From: Haliotis cracherodii
Lineage: Eukaryota
Assembly: GCF_022045235.1 (NCBI RefSeq)
Contig: NW_027266267.1
Span: forward strand, 26,350,001 to 26,414,000
Direction: 5' to 3'
Length of the DNA stretch: 64,000 nucleotides
Shown: one piece after another, positions 52,501 to 61,500 of the stretch
Layout: each line of letters begins with the position of its first letter
Numbering within the stretch: the stretch's first letter is position 1
Notes under the pieces: model-generated
The model's input: the letters and a program-made list of their open reading frames with translations, nothing else
The model's database searches: none
Told to the model about the DNA's origin: nothing
Made by a program: the position numbers and the translations under genes

Positions 52501-55500
52501 TACCGTGTGTACATAACACTGGAAATACCATGTCAACAAATCCGTAATGAAGTACGCAGATTAAAAATATAATTACACTGTCTGGTTACAAAAAGTGTTC
52601 ATTGTATATCTGGACTTATGTTTGAAACCTATTTTCATAATTTTATTTAAGATATCATTCAATTGTTGAATCGTGTGTAAATTGATCGGTAGATCGCACA
52701 ACTCATCATGATTTACAGCAACCATGGTCAGATGACATTATTGACGCCTTGAAATGAACTTTAGCTGACAGAGAATGGATACATATATCATAAATGCCAT
52801 ACTTTGATTCGTTAAAAGTCCTATTTTTTGTAGTTTGACTGTTACACAATAACACTGAGTTTTCTAGAGCAAATGCGGGAGCCTGGACAGTGATATTATT
52901 CCATGCATAAAAAATATCCAGCAATAGCAATAAGCTGTATCAAAGTTAGGGAAACGCTTCTGGTCATTATTAGTTTAGACATATAATAATAAAGCTGCTT
53001 CTAAAATGACACAATATTGGAATATATTATTCCTGATAAAATAATAGTTTCAAGTACAATTCTTCCGATTACTGCATCAAAATTCTTTAAGGTTATATCT
53101 TGGGAAATTTTTAACTGAATCATTGGTAGATTGTGAGAAAACGGGTGTACAGCAGATTGCTGATTCCGGCTCAGTTTACAAGAAATACACACGGTTATCT
53201 GAATCTCTTTTAAAACTGGAAGTACAATGTTAACAGTAACTCATCATGTCTACTGATGTTTTATTTCAAATTTCAAGTGAGACCTGCACTGGGTACCCGG
53301 GTAGGGTCAGGTAATAGGGGGATGGGTACCAGGGTAGTAAATTCGGACTCGTCCCAGCCTTAATAGAGGGGATGCGCATTATACAATTGACATAAATGTA
53401 CAACGAAAAAAGTATTGTTTATTGTTTTTTTACCTGTTTTAACAATCGTAGCAGTGCTGTGGTAAATATCTAAAATGAAAAACAAGATTGTTCCAAGATA
53501 GACACAATTTTTATGGATAACAACTTCTTTAATACTGTAAAAAGCAACGTTTCGGTATAGACAGTCTTGCTTGACAACGGTATAAGGATCTATACCGAAA
53601 CGTCGCTTTTTACAGTATTAAAGAAGTTGTTATCCATAAAAATTGTGTCTATCTTGTCATCCGTCAACTTCTAAGTAATGCCTATCAAACAAGTTAAGAT
53701 TAATCCATTAAATTCCATTCAGTACTCTGTGTACTCTTCAGTTTTGCCAGTACTCCTATACTGAAGTAATAAGGAGTACAGACTCCTGATGCTGAAATAT
53801 TATCTGGAGCCCTGAGATATGATAGAAAACCAGTACAGAGACTTCCTCAGCCTTTTTGAAGTATTTCGTATAACCAAAATGTTTAAAAATTACAGCTGTC
53901 TTGTCTCGTCTTTTCAGATCTGAGAAAAGTCCAGTTCCATCTAAGAGAATTCACATAATCATTAATTACTTGACGTTTGAAGCCTTCCGTTACACATGCC
54001 GAGGGTTGTATGAGGAACACAAGTTCCTGTTCACGTTGTTGATGACACTGAAGATAGATCTTCAGTATGGCAAAGTGAGAAATGAGGAGTTCCAGACTTT
54101 CATCAAAGGTAAACCATTACTGCCATGGATGTCAAACCACTTTTCACAGGGCATTCTTGGGCCATCCATTCAAATTAAACTCATCTTTCATGATTGCAAC
54201 TAACCAGTCACCAGGACTGAACTCGCCTTCTTGTGTGGCGTCTAGGATAGAATCAGAAATTGTTGTAGCTGGAGGACTTCCTTGCAACATCAAAGCTACA
54301 GATAAGCTGCGTATCTGCTTACATTACAATACCCCCAAATATATTCAAAACCCAATTACTTTCAAGTAACTTGCATACAGAAATGCATGCATTAAATGAA
54401 AAACTCAAATCTATAAAAACAGCATATGTAAAATATCCAATGAAGCTTTTTCAGCATACGTACAATGAAGCTAATTTCCGAAACAATATTACGAGCTAAT
54501 TTGCTTTCCGAGTCAAGCCTATATTTAGAACCGTAATAATTCATCTAAAACATTATTATTTTTCTGAAATCTCAAAAAAAGAGCTCATTTGGGGAAAAAC
54601 CCAATAGAGTGATGAATAGATGAGTGAAAAAATATTGGTTACCCAATGAAAAATGTAATAACCCAATTAAAAGAGAAACCTTCAAAGTAAAAACTCAATT
54701 GCTCAAAAAGTTATCTGCAGCTTTGAAACATTCTTGGAGAGTGTTAGCATTTTGTCTACAAGCACCTATATCCATAGTCAAGAAATGAGCAATTTCATAG
54801 TTTTTCTGTTCTGTCCTACTTTCACTTTTGACATCAAACTGATTTCATAACAGTGTTTGCAGTGTTAGAAACTGCAACTAGTCCTGTAGTCCTTGTCAAA
54901 CTGCCAAATAGTTAAGGTATCATAAGGACTAGTTGAAATTTGCTATTTTTTAAAGAGTTTTTTGTGTATTATCATTATAAGGACTAGTACACTAAATTTG
55001 TTAGTTTCTATCGCTGGTTTGTGTGTATCTGTATTGCAGAATCAATAAATGAGAGAAATTAGATACGTTCGCCACTTGACAGAACTACTGTATTAAGTGC
55101 TCCCTAACCACTTTCTAGACCCTTCTGCCTGTAATCTTTATAACTGCCCTCTACTAGAGCTAATATACACTCTCAAATAACTATTGTATCTGTGGTACAA
55201 TAATGGATACAGATTAATTTCCTTTTGTTAATCATCAATGTAATGATGATGGTCATCGTTTACTTTAATCACTGGTAGCGTACATGAGCGGAAAAAACAT
55301 ATGTCTATGTGATTGCTACAACAGTATTGATTTTGTCATCTATTTAATGCTTTGGGTTTTTTTTAGCACCCACCCTGTCAATCTCCAAAGTTTTCTGTGT
55401 GTTTTTTAAGGTGAATACAGTGCTTAAAGTTGAAATTGCCTGTTGAAAGGTGGGGCTGCTCTGGATCTTAATGCTGTTCAACCCAAGCCCTGCAGGTGGA

Positions 55501-58500
55501 TATCTGACATGACTTGGCTAAATCTGGTGCAGCTGAGCTCTCTACAGCAGTTCTCTGAGATTCTTAATCAGGTGAGTCTTGCAGTCCACTGCAAATCAGC
55601 CACCACTACCGGTAAATGCTAAATCTGTAACAACTTCTTGGCAGGGGAATATAGGAATGGGTGCTATCCTTCTGTCCATCCATCCTTCTCTCTGTCACAT
55701 TTCGTTTCCGGAGATGGTGTTAGTTTGGGATTTAAAAAAAAAATATTTCTCAAGTTTCCCTGGCAACGACTTTGACTTAGACTGAAAATGGCAGTAGTCC
55801 TCGTTTCCAGAGCAGATCTTGAAAACCGTACAATATTTCTTCACCAAACTTGGCACATAAATTGTAATAATTTTTTAATTTGAAGTTTACACGATATACG
55901 GCTTTTCCATTGGACGAGAGGTCGGTCACATGACCACGAAATTGACGTTCATAAGTGTATGAACGACACAATTTGACGTTCATACGTTTTTCACGAGACC
56001 GTGTTCTTGAAATGACGTAAACACTGACGGACTACTTCCACATTGCTGGGGAAACCCCTGGGAATTCCCTAGCACGAAAACATGCATAAGCGTTCTTTCT
56101 GATCATTCAGAACCTTTATTCTTGGTCTCAGCGTTTTAGTATGCATTGAGAAATGTCAGAGAGCGTGACTGCATGATTGTTCACGAATATCCTCGCAACG
56201 GCCCATCATAATGAACAAACGAACAAATGCACATCTATTTATTCACCTTTCAATGATCGGCCAGTTGATCAATGATGACTAACACATGTAACCGCCACAG
56301 GTTCATTAACAACTTCGGAAATCTCTCCCGTCATGTTTATCGTGTTGGCCATTTTGACATCTTGTACTTGATGTAAATGTATTACGACGTGTTGTCATTG
56401 TGACTGACTTACTGATGTAGTTCTTTACAGACCTTTCTCATCTAATGAGGATATGATTTGAACAAACGTGCTGCTTAAGATGTTTCTGAAGAGCAAGTTG
56501 TGCATCCATACGCCCATGTCACCTCTCTTTTTGAGGAACTATAGCTGGTTGTTGTATGGCTGTCAGTGTAAACATTAAGTTACACGTACTAAATAAAATT
56601 GTGTTTAGATCTTGGCCTACATCCTTTGAGGTAAGAAATTGTGATAAAAAATTATAAGAATTGACTTTCACTTTGTGTGAGTTCATTGGAGTATGAACCT
56701 TCATAGAGTGAGCGCCAAACATTGTATAAACGTCATCGCAAGCTCCGACGTTCATACAGTTTGGCCCTCACTCTATGAAGGTTCATACTCCAATGAACTC
56801 ACACAAACTGAAGGTCAATTCTTAAGTAAACAAAAAAGCATTGGATAGATTGCAGAATGAAAGACACACCGTGTAGAAAACATTCACGGTGATGGACTCA
56901 AGGTGGCTCACTTGAATGTTCAATCTCCCAATGCTCATTTCCAAGATGTGAAGAAGGATAAGTTTGTTGGAGTCGTTCATGTTTTGTGTTCCACAGTAAC
57001 ACACATCAATGATTACAGTAAAAGAGACCTGCAAGGATATCAAGTATATGCAGGAGTCACTACACACGGTATTGCTGTGTATGTTTCAACAAGTTTCAAG
57101 AACAGTGTCCAGCTATGTGATGTAATGTCATCCCACAGTATTGAATACATTTCCTTTTGTTGGCAAGTTGTGCATTGCTTGTGTGTATCTTCCTCCAAAA
57201 GTGTCATTGACACGGTTGTAACATTCACTTAAGGCCCCATTACACAGGGCTGCAACTTTTGTGCGATCAAAAACTGGCCTGGTCGCTCAATGGTCGCCTA
57301 AACCCTGAAAATCATGTTTCTATGTAACTGCTCCAGCAGTTGTTCAGCAGTAACTGCTCAAGTTGTTCAGCGTCTGCAACCACAATAAAACACTGTAGCC
57401 CTCTATTTATAGGCAGGCTGAGGAGGCACTACAGGTAGCTCAAAGGAGGCAGAAGCATTGCTATGGTGTCTCAAGGGTTGCCGTAGTAGCCGAATGAGGC
57501 ACGATGGCCGCCATACTCATCGTTCAATGCACGCTGTTGGTCGCCCAAAGAAGGCACAAGGGAGGCAGAAGCATCGCCCAGATTTACGGGACAATATTTC
57601 AACAGAACAGAATCTATTACCTGGTGACCATTGGGCGACCACTGTGCCTTCATTCTGCAACAACGGCAATGCTTGTGCCTCCCTTCTGCCTCCTTTGAGG
57701 CACCTTTGAGCAACCAACCTCCTCGGCGACCTTTGTGCAACTGTTTTGAACATGTTCAAAAATTCACGGCGTCCATGGCAATGTCTGAACCTCCTGTGCA
57801 CCACCTTGGAACGACCGAGGCAACCATTCTGCCTCCTTTGAGCCTCCAATGACGACCTGATCAATTCTATATGGTTGCACACGTGAGGCACAAAGGTCGC
57901 CATCCTGTGTAAAGGCCCCATTACTGATTTCATGCAGAAACTTCAGGATCTCTTCAAGCAGCATGAATGTGAACATGTCCTAGTTACTGGGGATTTCAAC
58001 TGTGATCTGAGTGAAAAACTGAAACTTGAAGATTTCTTTAATGTGCGGAAAATGACTCAACTCTTTCACTCCCCAACTCACTGTCTTGGAGCTACACTGG
58101 ACTTGTTGTTTACTGATCCTGCCAGTGCTGTAGCAGTCTAGACTCCAGTCTACTACTCAGATCATCAGATGATTGGTGCTGTACTTCTCAGTATATCTCA
58201 TGGTGACCCCTGCTCTCAATGATCTCTAAGTAAAGTAAGAACTCCCTTACTTCTCTGATTATTGTTTAAGTAATAACACAACTCATTTCAAATACAGTTA
58301 CATATTCTATCATAAAGTGCAGATGGCAATACACACCAATAATAACTTTCTTAGTGCTGCAATTAGGTCATTTACAAAAAGGTTCTGTGAACATAGTTCA
58401 CAGCATCTAATGCATTGCACACAACTGGACATGTCATATTGGTAGGGAATATAAGTATTTCATGCTTGTTAGAACATGCATTTGTTCACTGCTCATGCTC

Positions 58501-61500
58501 TTGCTGAAGAAATGGCACAAAACAGAGTAGTAACTAAGCATTTTGTAATACAGCATGCAAGTCACATGTAGGTCAGGCAGATGTTATTCTGTGTATTCAT
58601 ATGCCTTTACTGGACAAATATCAGAAGTGGTGCATGTTCAATCAATCTTTCTTCATTATCATTCTGATACAGCTGGTATGCTGTTCAATGTGGTGTTAAA
58701 CTCCACTGTCACTCACTCCAGTCAATAGGGGCAGGAGCCCCATTACAATAAACACACGTTTGATAAAGGGGACACAAGTAAAGAAAGTCCTGTTTTTGAC
58801 ATATTTACAATCACTATGGAAATGTTTGGGCGTCAACAGCTAGTGACTGAAATGCATCCCTTTGTTCCATACACAGGATTGCTACAAATGTATAACAATG
58901 ATATCATTTACTCAAATCAGTTTGAGAGACACAGGTACAAGAGTTTTGATATATTTGTTTAATTATCTTTCCCCTGTCTAGATTCTGGGTTAGAATTGGT
59001 CCCCAGCAACCAATCCTGTGTGAATGAGGCAACTTAATGGATCAGTGATCAAGCTCAGTGACTTGGTTGATGGCATACCCCAACGGGGTGGGATCGTTGC
59101 TCATAATATCAATCACTAGTTTGTTTTGGTCAAGGTTTATTTACAGGCTGCCTTCATATAGCTGGAATAGTTGGAATGTGACATTAAACAAGAAACAAAT
59201 CCTTTGTTCTCCAGGTTCCAAGGAATGAGAAAGGGTGGAAATCTTGGTTTGACTCTGACAATCCCGAGGAAGAACAAATACCTGATGGCTACAGCTCCTC
59301 ACTAGATGCATTCCGCAAACTGATGCTCATCAGGTAGGTTCCAGAGATAGTGACATCTTGTAACCTGCAGGCCAGCAATGGTATACAAATCAGTCTGTTC
59401 CTGCTATACTTGGACCACATTGAAAAAACATTGAAATCACATCATGCGTTTCTGCAACAGTTTGGAACGAGGTGGGTCAAGTAGCATGGTACTCTATGCT
59501 GTTTCAGTGGTGAATGTATAATCAATAGTATTGCAGCATGTTTACTGACCTATTACATCTGTCATACAATACTGTTTCTTGGTATTTGTTCCACATTGTT
59601 GACAACATTTGTTATACAATGGTGCTAGTTTGTTTGAGCTACATTGTCAAAGAGATAGATCATCCACCAATTTTGACAAAAGAGGGTCAACTCTCTGTTA
59701 TTGTGGTATTGCTACAAATGCACATGGGAACTTGTGGAATGTGTGCTTACATCACCTCCTAATATCAACACCTTCATAAAATATGAATCATCATTATGCA
59801 GATGAACTAGGTCAGGTCAACAGAGATCATCCAAACAAGTGGGATATTTTCTAACCAATTTCGAATGGAGGTAGGCATTGTGCCACAGGACAGTCAACTG
59901 TGTTGAAATAGCAAATCAATTGTCACATAAATATATTCACACACCCAAATTAGATTTCAGATATTCTTGCAATGTTATTTCAAGGTTTGTTGCATCTTGA
60001 CATGACTCTCATTACGGTGTGATGGTAGGTCGTGGTGTCCAGATCGTACCATTGCCCAAGCCAGGAAGTATGTGAGTGATTCAATGGGAGCAAGGTATGC
60101 TGAGTCTGTGATACTGAACCTGGAGGCTACATGGGGGGAGAGTGAACCTTCCGTCCCCCTCATCTGCCTCCTTTCTATGGGTTCAGATCCAACCAACCAG
60201 ATCGAGTACCTGGCAAAGAAGCTGCAAGTTGGTGAGTGAAATATCTATCTGTCCTGAGTGTGTAATCATTCCTTGTAGTGTTATTATACCAACAAATTAT
60301 ACACCAGAACAAGTTTGATTGTCAAAAACCATTTCACCAATGAATCTGAAACTTCACATACCGTATTCGACGTAATAAGCGCCCCGCTCTATTTAACGCC
60401 CATGGCGATATTTGCTGATATATTGGTTAGTGAACAATCCCAATTAGCACCCCTTCCAACTGATCAATGTACACAAGACTTATTTATTTGTGTATAATAC
60501 CCACTCGTGTGTTATGTGCTCCCTTAATTAAGGGCAATTAAATTTAATTTAATAAAGTTTTGTACATCTGTAGTTAGTAGTATGTCTTTACATACGTTTT
60601 CCATTCCTTGCGATATTTTAAGTTTTGACCTGGTTTGTTTTGCAATATTTTAAGTTTTGACCTTTATTTCACCTTTGCAGCATGCTCCTAAACTCTCTGA
60701 AACTACATTTCCTCTCACTGTAAACATCCTTACCTCAGAAACTACGGTAACAATGAAGCTGAAACTTCATATGCCACCAATGATGACACCTGAATATGTT
60801 CAAAAGGTTCAAATCTGAAAAAGCTATTTATGGCCATTACTCTGCCATTTGGTACATGTGTAGTTTGTGGTGGGGCTCTACATTATTTTATATGTTCTGG
60901 TGTGTATTCAGTATCTAATGTTTTGACCTTGTTTCTCTCTGCTTTTTTTGCATCTTTGCCTCTTTAACCTTCTCTGAAATTGAGAGACTGGGGGAACTGA
61001 ATTTTGGCATGCAAGTTTCTTCCTTTTGATCACATAATTGTTTGTGTAGTTAATTACATGTTAATGTTAAGTAAGTTTTAGTACTTGAATATCAATGTCA
61101 TTGAAGTTCTTGGTAAAAACAAGAGTGTCCCATGGGGCCAGACAGTGGTCAAATTGAGACTATTATTGATGAGAGTCTGAAACTCTCTGACTCACGGAAA
61201 AATAGACCAAGGTTAATCACTTGGTGTAGAATACTTTCATATTATTCTTTATTTAGAAGCTTATCTCAAGGTTGTCTAGTGATCGCTTTGAGGTAAAATT
61301 GGTTTTGACCATATTTTGTTTGATTTCAGATTTCCGTGCCATTTCTATGGGACAGGGTCAAGAGGTTCATGCCAGGAAGCTTGTCAATCAGTTCATGCAG
61401 AGTGTGAGTGGGTTCTGCAGTCTCTCGCTGAGCTATCTTTGCACAAAGGATGTCCAACGTCTATGCAAAGAAAATGATTTGCAACAGTCACAACTAAGAA

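Larger units (their letters stand above)
52228..53814. mobile_element. hAT-like non-autonomous element, 5-bp TSD AGATA, with nested inserts
   Basis: agata|cagggctccaggtaa...ttatctggagccctg|agata; contains 52570-53280 (homologous to 62708-63215) and the Penelope-like insert. Confidence 0.78.

Noticed and set aside
52570-53280. Local segmental duplication with 62708-63215
   Set aside because: Copies are diverged and bounded independently of exons; better explained as an interspersed repeat family
57458-57976. Cluster of overlapping ORFs on both strands
   Set aside because: Explained by the GC-rich Harbinger-like MITE
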